A DNA stretch of 62,967 nucleotides, the filler included, from Collodictyon triciliatum (taxonomy: Eukaryota): the NCBI GenBank assembly GCA_043381765.1. It is 7 parts of 7 records of this genome, joined end to end, with 100 filler letters (N's around TTAATTAATTAA, not from the genome) between each part and the next. Parts side by side here need not be neighbours in the genome. Positions count along the whole stretch, not along the records: positions 10,106 to 23,794 come from JBHJMP010002829.1; positions 23,895 to 33,896 come from JBHJMP010002830.1; 5 more parts are not named here. One strand, written 5' to 3'. Shown piece after piece: positions 13,311 through 25,727 of this stretch. The notes beneath the pieces are model-generated. The model ran no database searches. It had not been told where the DNA came from and saw nothing but the letters and a program-made list of their open reading frames with translations. Made by a program: the position numbers and the translations under genes. Every line of letters starts with the position of its first letter. Position 1 is the stretch's first letter.

Positions 13311-16300
13311 GTTATAAACTCAGCTTTTTATTATGAATTGAAAATGAAATTCGATAGCTGTGGTTAAAAAAATAATTACACATTAGAGGCTTCTGGGCAA
13401 AAGTTTACAAATTTATCAGATGGGTCTTATTTTGGGGATGTCGCTCTTATTTTTGAAGAGCCTCGTATGGCATCCGCCAAAGCAATTTCATACTGTGAAT
13501 TACTGATATTTCGTAAGGTAGGAGCCAAATTTTAGTTTATATAGTTTGATCATTCGATGTTTATCAAAACTATCGGTATGTACGCATACTCACTTCATAT
13601 ATGTCATTAATTTCCCTCCATTATCATCAAATTTGATATAGTCTGATCTTCAAATGTTGTGTGAATTTTATCCGCTTCTATCCGAGAGACTTCAAGAACT
13701 TATCAATCTTAAGATTAAAGACAAAGAAAGGTGAGAATTATTCATGGACAAATGGGGTATGGTAGAAATAAATTGTGGTAGATACGCAACCTCTCAATAG
13801 TTTAGAATAAAATTGTGAGATATATTCACTAATTGTATATTAACACCATACAGCGTTGATAGGGGCAGGAATCCAAGTATAACAGAAAGTGTGACCATGA
13901 GCAAAACATCTTGTAACAAAAGTTATTTGAATAGCCATCGATCTATGAGGCATGCTGCAATGCCATTGGCATCAATGATGCTGAATCGAAATATATCTAG
14001 GATGATATCTAGAGATACAAGGTTTTCTTCTTTATAAACAGAAAAGTCACATCGTTCTTATTCGATATTATAATATATATATCATTCCTTATATCCAATT
14101 ATTCTCTTTATTTAAAAAAGGTCAACCTTAGTGGAGTCTAGGGTCTTGGCAAAAAGTGCATCAAGAGTACAGAACTCGTTATCAATTTTATACAATTCAT
14201 ATTTTGATAATAATTATTATTACTATTATTATTATTCCTTTGCTCGATTCAAATTCAAAATTTAACATATGATATACTTTGATCATTTGCGCAGATTATG
14301 TCAGATGAAGTTGGCTCTATTTATTTCAAAGATGCAACACGTGTTGTAGAATCTAGTGATTCTAGTGAGGACGATTCAACCCCTCATAAACGCGGACAAT
14401 CTGGTGATAAGGTTTGTTGTGGTTTTTTTTATTTTCATGTTGTTTTCAGGTGTCTTTTTCAGTTTTNNNNNNNNNNNNNNNNNNNNNNNNNNNNNNNNNN
14501 NNNNNNNNNNNNNNNNNNNNNNNNNNNNNNNNNNNNNNNNNNNNNNNNNNNNNNNNNNNNNNNNNNNNNNNNNNNNNNNNNNNNNNNNNNNNNNNNNNNN
14601 NNNNNNNNNNNNNNNNNNNNNNNNNNNNNNNNNNNNNNNNCATACATACATACATACATACATACATACATACATACATACATACATACAGGAAATCGAA
14701 CTATCGGCGTTCCAACGTAGGCAATCACAACCTACCACCAATATTCGGAAAACAGCCCCCGTTCATCACCAAAGTGCCTTTGTTCGCACTGGCTCAATTA
14801 CTCCATTAACACGCCCAGCTGCAGTCACGCACGAAAACGCCTCTGCAGAGAATTCTGGGCAAACAGTACAGAATAGAAAAAGTCTGATGGTTTCACAGAG
14901 ATCTTGTACTGCACAGAAATCACGACTACTTACCCCAGAACCATGGGTTTCAAATGAGGTATTCTAAATGCCATGTGCGTCAATAGTTTAATTTTTAACA
15001 AACCTCCTGAAAATATTTTTTTCCCCCTTAAATTCAAATTAATTATTGGTAAATGTGTATACATCAACAATAGGTGACCGTTCGAGATGAAAAGCTGAAT
15101 ATCGATACGACCGAATTGGAGCCAAATATTGTACCGAAATTCGAAAAAAATAAAAGCACTTCAAGCAAACCCACCCAAGAGGGTCTGTTGAGTATATCGA
15201 AAAGCTTGATATCAGTCAGGAAAATGGAAAGCGAGTCCTATTGTAAGCTCTTTCTTCATATATAATAAGATCTTCGATTACCGTTTTAAATCAATTTATT
15301 ATTCGTAACGTATCGAATATTTTGTAATGTTCACAATTTGGTGGGAAAAAATCAGTTTCTATTGGCCCGCATACCTCAAATGGATTTGAAGAGCAGCGAC
15401 AAGCCGTATTGGTTGATCAGCAAAGTTTATCGAACATCCGCACACCCGACCGACTCATGACACCTGGAATTGTAAAGAGTTCTTCGTATGCTCAGGAATA
15501 CATGGAACACCCGTCAGATCTGACCAACGATAACACACATCAAAAAAATGTCAATGAATCGGCGACTTCAGACACCTTCATATCGAGCGGACAAGTTTCT
15601 TTGTCTGACTCTGTGACGATTCGAGAAATGGCAGATGAGATACGAAATGAAAAGCAAAGAACATCGTTGCTTATGAAGGTTTGCAAACACTTTATGAAAA
15701 AAATATTATGGTAATTCATTTATCTTTTTTTCCAAAAAAAAAATCATTTATCAAAAAATTTAAACCAGTAACCCTTTCCAAACGAATAGGTGTCTCGGAA
15801 TGAAATCGATTTCGTAAGTCGGTGGGAGGATACAATAGAAGAATCGACGCCAGAACCCATCTTTTTGGATTCCCTCATCGGCGATGTTGTAAGGAATGAA
15901 GAGACAATAGAATCGAGCGGCTTCAGAAAAGACAGTGTTGAGTTTTATCATAGTTTGCCGGCTACTTCCTCAGTAGAGTATGGTCATAATTTGGCCATCA
16001 ATGTGTACTCACTGCTAGCACATTCCTCGATTGCGACTGATGAAATTATGGTTTCGTCCGTATTGAATGACATCTACAACCACAATAGTATCTGGCAAGA
16101 TTTTGATGAAGGCAGCAGTGGAGAGGATACGCTTGATGATAACATCGATTCAACAATTGATTGTACTACCGCAAGAAACCGTGATGGCCGTCCAATAGCG
16201 TTTCAGTTTTCGATTGGAGATGACCCCGATTCACCCAAGGATGTAGAAGAATTCGGGAATGAAGATGGAGAGGGACTGATGCACTTTGTCGTTCATGAAG

Positions 16301-16695
16301 AGGACGAGTATGTAGATTCCAAAGATGAGAATTTCAATTTCAATTACGATGAGAGTCGAGACAGTGAGCAGAGTAGCAGTGAGGAACTATGTTATTACGT
16401 TCATGATGAAAATGAGGACGCGGGAGTACTTACGGGAAATGATGTAGAAGACCGTATTCACGAGGACGGCAATATATCTGACTACGATCACCCGGATGAT
16501 ATCGGTGGTGGTAATTTTGAAAATAGTGATGATATTAATGACTGTTCCAGCTCCAACGGTCTGGAGAAACCCTTAGAAAGCGAAATAGTTGCTTGTGAGA
16601 ATCGAGGTGCTGACACCTGCTCTTCATATCGCAAATCATGTGCTGCAGATAACCTCGGCGAACAAAACAAGGAGGAAGATGATATTTTTCCTTGA
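10618..16695 (+). CDS. Voltage-gated K+ channel with cyclic-nucleotide-binding domain (KCNH/HCN/CNG superfamily); probably 5'-partial
   Basis: Spliced translation gives S2 (IIDCIYVSDILANFMTAYY), S4 (CRMNRLIRLIEIMK), pore YLYSVYWALIVMAT|IGFGDIVAITNSEK, a C-linker (LPQHFRHQV...ELPKQLRSDIA) and a CNBD (LPGDYIIHEGEIGREMYFIVKGDVE...GSYFGDVALIFEEPRMASAKA), then a long low-complexity/acidic tail ending in TGA at 16695. Confidence 0.9.
11161..11215 (-). mobile_element. Degenerate copy of the short insertion; its TSD covers a channel-gene splice donor
   Basis: ATATTGCAAAGTACT [ccccttttcttcatccgattcatat] ACATCGAAAAGTACT; flanks match at 12/15. Confidence 0.5.
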
Positions 16696-17299
16696 TATAT
16701 CCCAAAATGAACATAATAAAGTATACTCTGATTAAACACGTGATTACTACCCAAGAAAACAATGAGGCGCCCGACAGCATAGCACAACACAACACCCCAC
16801 CTCTTTTCCAGCCTGAAAACCCCCCTTTGTCATATCTTCACTTTCGACTACAACGACCTTCCGCCCTTGAATTTGCCAAATTTCTTTTCTATAGATGGAC
16901 GCCATGTTCGCGACTTCAGCAAGCTGCCCCGTTTGGGTTGGGCGAGCCGATGCGAAAGCAAGGCCGATATGTCCTGAAGCGTGGCCTTCGCGTTGCAAAG
17001 TACACGATGAGTTGCGTTTTGATGTGGTGATATGTTTGTTTATGTCGGTGCAGTTAAGAATGATGAATAGAAGGTGGAGTAAGAAATAGGTTAAAAATAA
17101 AAAAAGGAAGATAGTGAACCCCCATAAAAAAAAAAGCATGCCCATTCTCTCGATTACACGCCTTGATAAAAAAAAAAAAAAGAAAAAGAAAAGAAAAGAA
17201 AAAGAAAAAAGCAGAGCGTGCTCTTTCTTGTGCCGATCTCGGCAGTGGCTGCTTTTGTGTAAAAAAGTATCGATCTGTTGATCAGACGCGCGACCAGCC

Positions 17300-20200
17300 A
17301 TGAATCCCAAGCGAAGCTCGCGGCCCTTCTTCCATGATACTGACCTCAAATATCTTGAGCTGGGTAGAAATCCTCTTGTATACAATCCTTTGGTACGTGC
17401 TCTTTTTATTTATTTCTGTTGCCTTTCTTTTATCTTTGTTTTTTTGTATTATCATTATTTATTTATTTATTTTTACTCAAACACACTTATTTTTAAAGCA
17501 TAGTTTCTTTTTATCTTTCATCCAATCATATCTTACCATAGAACTAGATCTTGGTTTTTGCTGTGTAGTCCCTCCTTCTGCATTAAAACTTACGCCAACT
17601 TATTTATTAGCGCTATATTATATTGAAAATATTCATTTTCTATGTGATAGGTTGATACTTGGGCGAGTTATGACGAAGTGCATAGGCACGTGATATTTTA
17701 TGATAACAGTCAAGTATCGTGGCTTTCCTTTACATCTCCCAGAGTTCGTTCAAAAGCAATTACGTATGGCCCAATCATATCTACAATACATATATATAAA
17801 TAGAAGCATGAATGTGTAAGCAATACATCAAAAATTACCATGTGAATATGAATGACAATATGCGCATGATTATTTTTTAGTATCAATCACAAAGGACCTG
17901 TTCATTCCATAAAACTTTCGGTGGATGGCTCATTCCTCTGTTATCAAGTTTCTGAGACGGAGATTGTATGTCGATTCTGGATTGCATTTAGGAATTCTTG
18001 TGGTAAAGGTTGCTAAGAGTATGATTTTAGGGATTTCACGGACTAGCAAGGCCTGTAGAGTTTCGTTACAAATGTCACAAAATTGAAAGCGGGAATAGAA
18101 TATTGTCTACTATTTGGACGCACGTCGGAGAGTTGTTCCTTGTCACTAAATTCGGTTTAGAGCTGCTTAAGGTCATCATAATTAAATGTATTGATTCGTG
18201 TAGATACGACTTACAAATCACTCGAGTGACTGGATAAGTGCATGAAATATTAACATTGATAATAATTATATAAAATGTGCCAAATATCACAGATATCATC
18301 TTCCAAATCCGCTGCCAAACTCATCAGAACATTTTCTGTCGATGTATCTTGGTTTATCTATTCTGTAAGATATACATTTATTTTCATTATTTAATTAACT
18401 AAAAAAATCATCTTTTTATCAAAAAAAAATCATCATAATTGGATGAATAATTCCTGATATGTATTTTTATAGCATGAAAATAGATTATTGGTGATTGGGA
18501 CTTCTCCTTCGGGAAAGTATGTACAATTGGAACGTATCATATTATATTTTAATTTTCTTCGTTCATTTCAATAGTTAAATTGACATATCTCTTAGATGAA
18601 AATAATCAAATTCTATATTCATAGCCTGTTGGTTCCGTATCACTTCCCTCCTGGCTCCGTAATCAAATTACCGAAATTTTCCCTCACTGTCGAATCAGGC
18701 TCATACGTACAATCAAATGAAGTTTACCTATCTCAGATGTATGTAGAGTAATATTCATTTGTATGGAGGAAAATATTTTTATGATTGCATTTGCCACAAA
18801 AAAATAAAAAAACTGTCTGCAGATATGGTATACTGTACTGTATTCATATAGACCCTGAAAGGAGAAAAGTTACACTTTATCAAGTATGGAATATGTCATC
18901 GAAACTTGCATATACACATGGATTATAGTCCTTATATGACGTTTCTTCATGATGCTATACATTCGATAAATGCTCTAAACTCGAATTCCACCTCATCATA
19001 GCTTGGAAGAGAAGAAGTGAAAACAAGGCGCATATTCGATCTTCCTGTCGGCCAAGATTTCTCGATCAGTGTTATCGATAATGTACTGGTTGTTCATTCC
19101 ATAGACTCAAAGGCAAGTATTCGCATACAATCAATATCTATTATTTGAATGTATGCCAATCACTTTAAGCTCTGTAAATACAATGATTGAATATATAAAT
19201 GACATAGGTTTCCATGCTCTTTGATTTGAAAAGTCTTCCGGATGTAAGCTAAAATGATTTGATATACATGCACTTTGCAAATGAATGTTCATATATTGTG
19301 TCGCTTTATTGATATGGTTCTTCACAACCATACTATAAAATTATGAAAACCCGGTCCATATATTCTCAATTTATTGCTTAGGTTCCTATTTCACTTCCTT
19401 CGGTGATTGTTCACCAATCGAATGACCGAACAAGGCGCTCTACAATAACAACCCCTTCAATTTCTGGCTATTCAGACCGAAGTCAAATAGTTGATATCGG
19501 CAATACCTTGCGAAGTACTGAAGTTTTGGCAACCATATCGTCATCCATGATAGATGACTCTTTAACACAGACATCACGGCATCAGCCTGAAATGTGTACG
19601 TAAAATACATTACACGTGAAGTGGGCGTATCAAATTGTAACCCATATTGCATTTGTTTGTTTATTTGTTTATTTGTTTATTTGTTTATTTGTTTATTTGT
19701 TTATTTGTTTGCTTGCTTCTTTGTTTCTTTGTTTCTTTGTTTCTTTGTTTGTTTACTTGTTTACTTGTTTATTTACTTGTTTATTTACTTGTTTATTTAC
19801 TTGTTTATTTACTTGTTTATTTACTTGTTTATTTACTTGTTTCTTGTTTGTTTGTTTTGTATATAGTAATTTTTCCTTTATTCGATTCAATAGTTTCATA
19901 AGAAAAACTATTATCTTCATATTTCTGATTCAGAATCATCTATATCTTTAGATATAGGAAACGGCTTCTTCTTTCAACCAAATATTTTATTTGATCCTGT
20001 TCAGGTTTTCTATTTATATTTATATCTATATCTTCATTTAGCTACATGATTTATGATAACCCCCCCCCCCCCCCCCCCTTCTTTTTTTTTTTTTTTTTTT
20101 TNNNNNNNNNNNNNNNNNNNNNNNNNNNNNNNNNNNNNNNNNNNNNNNNNNNNNNNNNNNNNNNNNNNNNNNNNNNNNNNNNNNNNNNNNNNNNNNNNNN

Positions 20201-20421
20201 NNNNNNNNNNNNNNNNNNNNNNNNNNNNNNNNNNNNNNNNNNNNNNNNNNNNNNNNNNNNNNNNNNNNNNNNNNNNNNNNNNNNNNNNNNNNNNNNNNNN
20301 NNNNNNNNNNNNNNNNNNNNNNNNNNNNNNNNNNNNNNNNNNNNNNNNNNNNNNNNNNNNNNNNNTATTTTTTTATTTTTTTTTTTTTTTTTTTTATTTT
20401 TTTTATTTTTTTTATTCCCCC

Positions 20422-20460
<39 letters not shown>

Positions 20461-22983
20461 ATATAACTGGGGCTGCGGTTCTAAACAAATCATACTTTCT
20501 ATTCTATCTAATGATTCGGATACAGGGTATGATATTTGATATACGTATCAATTTGGGTGAAGTTTCAAAAGACCTATCTGACAAAACAAGAATGATACAT
20601 TTCTTGCTAAGGAGACACAACGGGAAGCAATATGCACTGGAGGTTAGAAAGAAAGCCAAATATGTTGTCATTATTTCCCTTTATTCGATTCAAAGTAGCC
20701 AAATATGTTTTCATAATCCTTCTTATTCTTATCTATTACCACGCATTTGTTTCAGCTCCTTCGAACTTCCATCGAACGTGCTCATCCATTAGCTGATATC
20801 TCACATGTCTTTGAGAGTCTTAACAAGATTTACAAATCTGTTCTTGAGGAAAGGTTTGAAACCCTCATCTGTATTACATCAAAATAGAACCAACGTTACT
20901 TTTTCGTGTATGTTCTATTTTCACTAACAAGGCTCGGTCTAGCACTTATGTAATCACCTAAACTCTTTTATTTATATTATATAGAATAAGAGAGATGACA
21001 TTCCGTCAATCGAGACAAGCTCTCCCAGTCCCTGAGCGGTATTTCACGCTCTACCATAATTCATTAAGATATTTAGCATGTATTCTACATAGGCATATTA
21101 ATTAAGTTTCATGTACTCATCTTTTTGGGGGAAACAATAGTCCATCAACAGTCTTATTGACCGAAGAGCTTCTTCAAAATGAAGGTTCCCCTTTCTCTGT
21201 GTATTTCTTTATTATTTGATGTTAGAAAGATATTTCACTATTAAACCTCGTTCCAATTCAACGCATTCACTTGATATTTCTCTCAACTCAGAACCAGCTG
21301 AATTAAACTCTCCCACACTCGAAGAGTAAGATATTTATATAAAGTACGATACAAAACTTCTAAAATTATAGTAATGATGATAATAATGATAATAGTCCTC
21401 GGGGTGATGCATCATCGAACTTAAAGGTATTTCCAATCAAAAGTGCCAGTTCGTTCGAAATCCTTTCGTATCAGAAAAACAATCATGTAAATAATAATCC
21501 CAGATCTGTTTTGCTAGGGGTCTCGACATGACAATTACTTGGACGGAATCATCGTTATTAATCAGGACGATATATATAAAAGTGTCTTAAAGCCTCTAAT
21601 CGGAGCACCTGTAAGTTATTGAGGCATAACCATCGTGCATATCTTGCACGCTTATAGTCACTGTCGTTGATATGGTATTATTTGTTTTTCGGTTGGTTTT
21701 TCTTTTTCTCTATGTTTTTGTTTTTGTTTTTGTTTTTGTTTTTGTTTTTGTTTTTGTTTTTGTTTTTCCCCCTTTATTCGGTTTCAAGTATCACTATCGC
21801 TAATAGTATTCGGGACATATTTGTTGTGGGCGAAATACTTGTGTTTAGGGAATCGAATTCCGTTATTTTTTATCCGTTTGTATGGAGTATGTCCGAAGCC
21901 TGTCCATCAACCGCCTGAAAGTACATCACCATATATATCACTTTGTCGTCGACCTTCTCGTTAAGAACAAGGCTTTCTACCAGCTCCACCAAGTAAGAAC
22001 ATCCCCACTCGAGCGTTTACTTTATCATACTTGCCCTAAAAATTGTTCAAATCAGTTATTTGGCGGGCTCTAGTGGATTTCTTTTGACAAAAATTATTCT
22101 CATGCGCTCTTGTAGTTCCTGCAGTATCACATAATTTCAGACTCGTTGTCTGTGGCATGTCAGCTCCTTTCTATTGAAAATGAATACAAACCAGCCTATC
22201 AGGTATTAGCATTCTCTGGGAATGCGCTTTTTTACTTCTTTTTTCTCTTTCTTTTCTTTTTCTTTTTCTTTTTTCTTTTCTTTTTTCTTTTCTTTTTTCT
22301 TTTCTTTTTTCTTTTCTTTTTTCTTTTCTTTTTTTCTTTTCTTTTTTCTTTTCTTTTTTCTTTTCTTTTTTCTTTTCTTTTTCTTTTCTTTTTTCATTCG
22401 ATTGCTGACCATATAATTCAATCTATTCATGAAAAAGTTGATTTTTTTTCTCATCATATTCTAAAGCTTGCATTAGACATGTTTAAAAGATTGGGTGTGA
22501 ACGACACGATAGTGGAGGCTTTGTTATCAAGAAAACAGGTGAACTTTGAATCGAATAAAGGAAGAAAAAAAAATCAAGAAAACAGGTGCGCTCGTCAAAA
22601 GAAGAAAAAAAGACTCCTGTATGCCACACCCAATCATGTTTGTAAAGTATCAAACTCTCGTGCCCTCATATGGACCATTGCAGGTTGTGCCCGCACTGCG
22701 GTTCGTCCGGAGTGAAAAGGTGAAAACAATGCTGCCGAGACGTTTTTTGGAGGTGGCCCACTCTCTCGATGACCAATCACTGTACTTCATCACATACAAG
22801 GTTCGTCGCTCTCTCTGCCGCGCCGTTGTTTCGGCCTATTCCCCATATGCTGACGGTCTTTTCCTCTCTTTGCAGTGGCTGGAGCGCAGGAACGAAGCAA
22901 CGCGAGGCACAAAGCAGTTTGCACCAGAGGATGGATGCGATGAGTATATCTCTATCTACCGAGAAATGTTTGGCAGAGAATAG
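17300..22983 (+). CDS. RMC1: Regulator of MON1-CCZ1 complex (RMC1/C18orf8, Mic1 domain)
   Basis: N-terminus YLELGRNPLVY..., KGPVHSIKLS, VIKLPKF, FSISVIDNVLVVH; C-terminal Mic1 motif MEYVRSL...FYQLHQ|FLQYHIISDSLSVACQLLSIENEYKPAYQ|LALDMFKRLG..IVEALLSRKQ|VVPALRF; more than 20 short introns. Confidence 0.9.
19652..19860. repeat. Compound (TTTG/TTTA/CTTG) microsatellite in an RMC1 intron
   Basis: Directly visible. Confidence 0.9.
20654..20709 (-). mobile_element. Ultra-short insertion (30 nt) with 13-bp TSD, same family
   Basis: On the + strand: AGCCAAATATGTT [gtcattatttccctttattcgattcaaagt] AGCCAAATATGTT; the insert reverse-complements to actttgaatcgaataaagggaaataatgac. Confidence 0.8.
21658..21805 (-). 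mobile_element. Older copy of the short insertion, tail expanded into (TTTTTG)n
   Basis: Core cctttattcggtttcaagt at about 21771-21789, flanked by TCACTGTCGTTGATA and TCACTATCGCTAATA (3 transitions apart). Confidence 0.55.
22526..22588 (+). mobile_element. Ultra-short insertion (31 nt) with 16-bp target-site duplication
   Basis: ATCAAGAAAACAGGTG [aactttgaatcgaataaaggaagaaaaaaaa] ATCAAGAAAACAGGTG. Confidence 0.8.
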
Positions 22984-23351
22984 ACCGCTCTTTTATCCAC
23001 CCCTCGATAACATTGTTTGCTGGCATAGCTTATTCCTATTTCTCTTTCCGTCTTATGCATTTCGGACATTATTTTTCACGGCCCTTTTTTATATAAAATA
23101 AAATGAAAAGATTCAAGACATAGTGCGTAACTGTTTCATAGATGCTTTTGTTTGTTATATATAGCGTGTTTGTTTTGTTTTGTTTTGTTTTGTTTTGTTT
23201 TGTTTTGTTTTGTTTTGTTTTGTTTTGTTTTGTTTTGTTTTGTTTTGTTTTGTTTTTATCTTTTTGTAAAGAGAGTACCGCGTTTCATCGGGTGGCTGTT
23301 GCAATGCTCTGCTTTGCTTTACAGTTTACTCCTCTCATATTTTGTGTTTTC

Positions 23352-23403
23352 TGATTATTATTTTTCCTTTTTCCTTTATTCGATTCTAAGTGATTGTTAT
23401 TTT
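23352..23403 (-). mobile_element. Ultra-short insertion with 13-bp TSD (1 mismatch), same family
   Basis: On the + strand: TGATTATTATTTT [tcctttttcctttattcgattctaag] TGATTGTTATTTT. Confidence 0.7.
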
Positions 23404-23794
23404 CTCTTTTGGTTTGATACAAATACCTTGTAGAATGGAAAGAGAATTAATATATATAAATCAAATTAGCCCTCATTTTACCACGAAATGCTCGGATGGC
23501 AAGCACCACCGATAGAAACACAGACATTCCTGGGAGGGTCGATTCGCGCAAACCCATCATAGTACGTGGAACATGTTCAACGAATTAGCATATACACTGC
23601 ATTTTCAATTTAGTGATTTTATTTCTGTAGTATTATTCTTATTTTTTTTAAAAAAAAAAATAATAATAATAATTCGATATCAACTCTTTTCCGCCTGAAT
23701 ACCCAAGTCAAAAATCAGGAGCGCGTTTTGGTGGCCCTTCTCCACAAACCAACGACCCAAGCGAGGCTCTTGTGAAACCGCAACAACGAGCATC

Positions 23795-23894
23795 NNNNNN
23801 NNNNNNNNNNNNNNNNNNNNNNNNNNNNNNNNNNNNNNTTAATTAATTAANNNNNNNNNNNNNNNNNNNNNNNNNNNNNNNNNNNNNNNNNNNN
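23795..23894. other. Artificial contig linker
   Basis: Same 100-nt N/TTAATTAATTAA/N spacer. Confidence 0.97.
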
Positions 23895-24004
23895 ATACAA
23901 AAATAGATACAAAAATAGATACAAAAATAGATACAAAAATAGATACAAAAATAGATACAAAAATAGATACAAAAATAGATACAAAAATAGATACAAAAAA
24001 ATAC

Positions 24005-25258
24005 CTGAGTTGTTAAAAAACGACAATAAATCCACAGGGATGAGAGAGCCATAGCGACCTGTTGAAATAGTGCATGTTGAGGTAGAGCGAATAAAAAATA
24101 ACAGGATAAATCAGCAAGTTTAATTTATACTGTAATTTGTACACAAGTCTCGTCATTATTAAGATAAATACTCAAAAATGATGCCGGATCAGAGTCGAGC
24201 AAGCTGGTTAATTCTTGTTGTAAAACAGGTTCGCCTTTCACAACTGCAAGTACGCTCTGAATAAGTGGCACCTTCTCGGCCATTTCAAGACCTCCACCTA
24301 GCGTCCCGCTCTCCAGCAGCTACATCAAGCGTTGAGGAAAATTGATCATTAAAAAGCAAGAAAAAAGGCAATAANNNNNNNNNNNNNNNNNNNNNNNNNN
24401 NNNNNNNNAAAAAAAGACAATAAAAAAAAGACAATAAAAAAAAGACAATAAAAAAAGACAATAAAAAAAAGACAATAAAAAAGACGGCGAAAACACAAAT
24501 CGACACAGGAAACAAAAGCCCACCCCACGATTTGGATCCTCAACCATCTCGACCGTCTCCGACCAGAGCGTCTGTCCACACCGGGCGCAAAAGTCCTCCG
24601 CAGACGCATCTCGCCCACCAAACTCACGCGTCCTGAACGGAAGACTCCTCAGCCGCTCCACCAGACTCGTCCGCGCACAAACCTCCTCCTGCGCCTCAGC
24701 CCGACGTCTGCGCAGCGCACTCAAAAGGCCAGACGCGTGGCGCACTCTGCGGAAGTAGACCGGCCGGTCTGCCGCCGCCAAAGTCGCATCTCCATTATTT
24801 CCCGAGTCGGAATACGCGAGATGTTGATGATTATCACCATCATCATCAATATCAATGTCGTCATCGTTATCATTATCATCGTCATTGCCGCTTGGACTTC
24901 CACCCATATCCCACGATGTCCTTCTGCGCAGAATGTCGAGTTCATGTTGGCGCGTGTCTTTTGCTTGCCCACCGGCCTTTGCCAAGCTTTGCTTCACGTC
25001 TTTTTCTCGGCGCAAAACAACCGGGGCGCGGCTGGGCGCGGCGCGTCGGGCTTCGTCGGGGATTTCTGTCTTCTGTGCGGCGAGAGGCGGGCGAATGGGC
25101 TGCCCAGTCGACTGCGAGCGATTCCCACTGCTTTTGTGAGGCTCGTTCGGAATCGAACTGCGGCTTGTTTGCGAAGGCCTTGACTCTGGCGTGGACGCAC
25201 GCGAATGGGCAGGCTTCTTTGCAGGCTGCGGCGCTTTGGACGGGCTTGGGCGGGACAT
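24005..25258 (-). CDS. Hypothetical protein with Pro/Ser/Arg-rich N-terminus; 3'-truncated at contig end
   Basis: GC-rich ORF from ATG 25258, spliced in frame to exons reading LLESGTLGGGLEMAEKVPLIQ...CVQIT and VAMALSSLWIYCRFLTTQ. No family recognised. Confidence 0.6.
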
Positions 25259-25727
25259 GCTTGCGTCTCGTTTGGTGTTCGGGCCGGTGGCGGAAGTTTG
25301 CTACGGGGTTGCGGGCGTGTCCAGTTGGCTGTGCACTCCCTGCTGTTCTTTTCCTTTGTGACTCTTTCTGTTTCTCTCTGTTTCTCGGTGTTTCTCTGTC
25401 GGAGAGTTTGGTTTGGCGGCCGAGTGACTTGTTTGTTTCCGTGAGTGTTGTATTGTGTTGTAAAGCATTCCGTTGCAAAAAAAATATATAAAAAAAAAGT
25501 CCCACACAAATTGTAGTGTTGATACCATAAATGATATGATAGCGCGGTATTTTTTGTTTTTGTTTTTTTCTGTGGCTCGTCAAAAGAATGCGGATGTAGA
25601 TGTAAGCGAGTGTGTGTGACAGCTGTCTTGCCTCAAGAAGCAAAAAGAAAGAAAAAAAAAAAAGAAGATAATAATGTGTCCGTGAGATTTTTATTTGGAC
25701 ATTGACGGGTTTTGGTGAAGAATATCG

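Noticed and set aside
23478-23600. Minus-strand frame with TGA followed closely by Cys (possible selenoprotein)
   Set aside because: No recognisable selenoprotein family or SECIS element, and only a fragment at a contig end.
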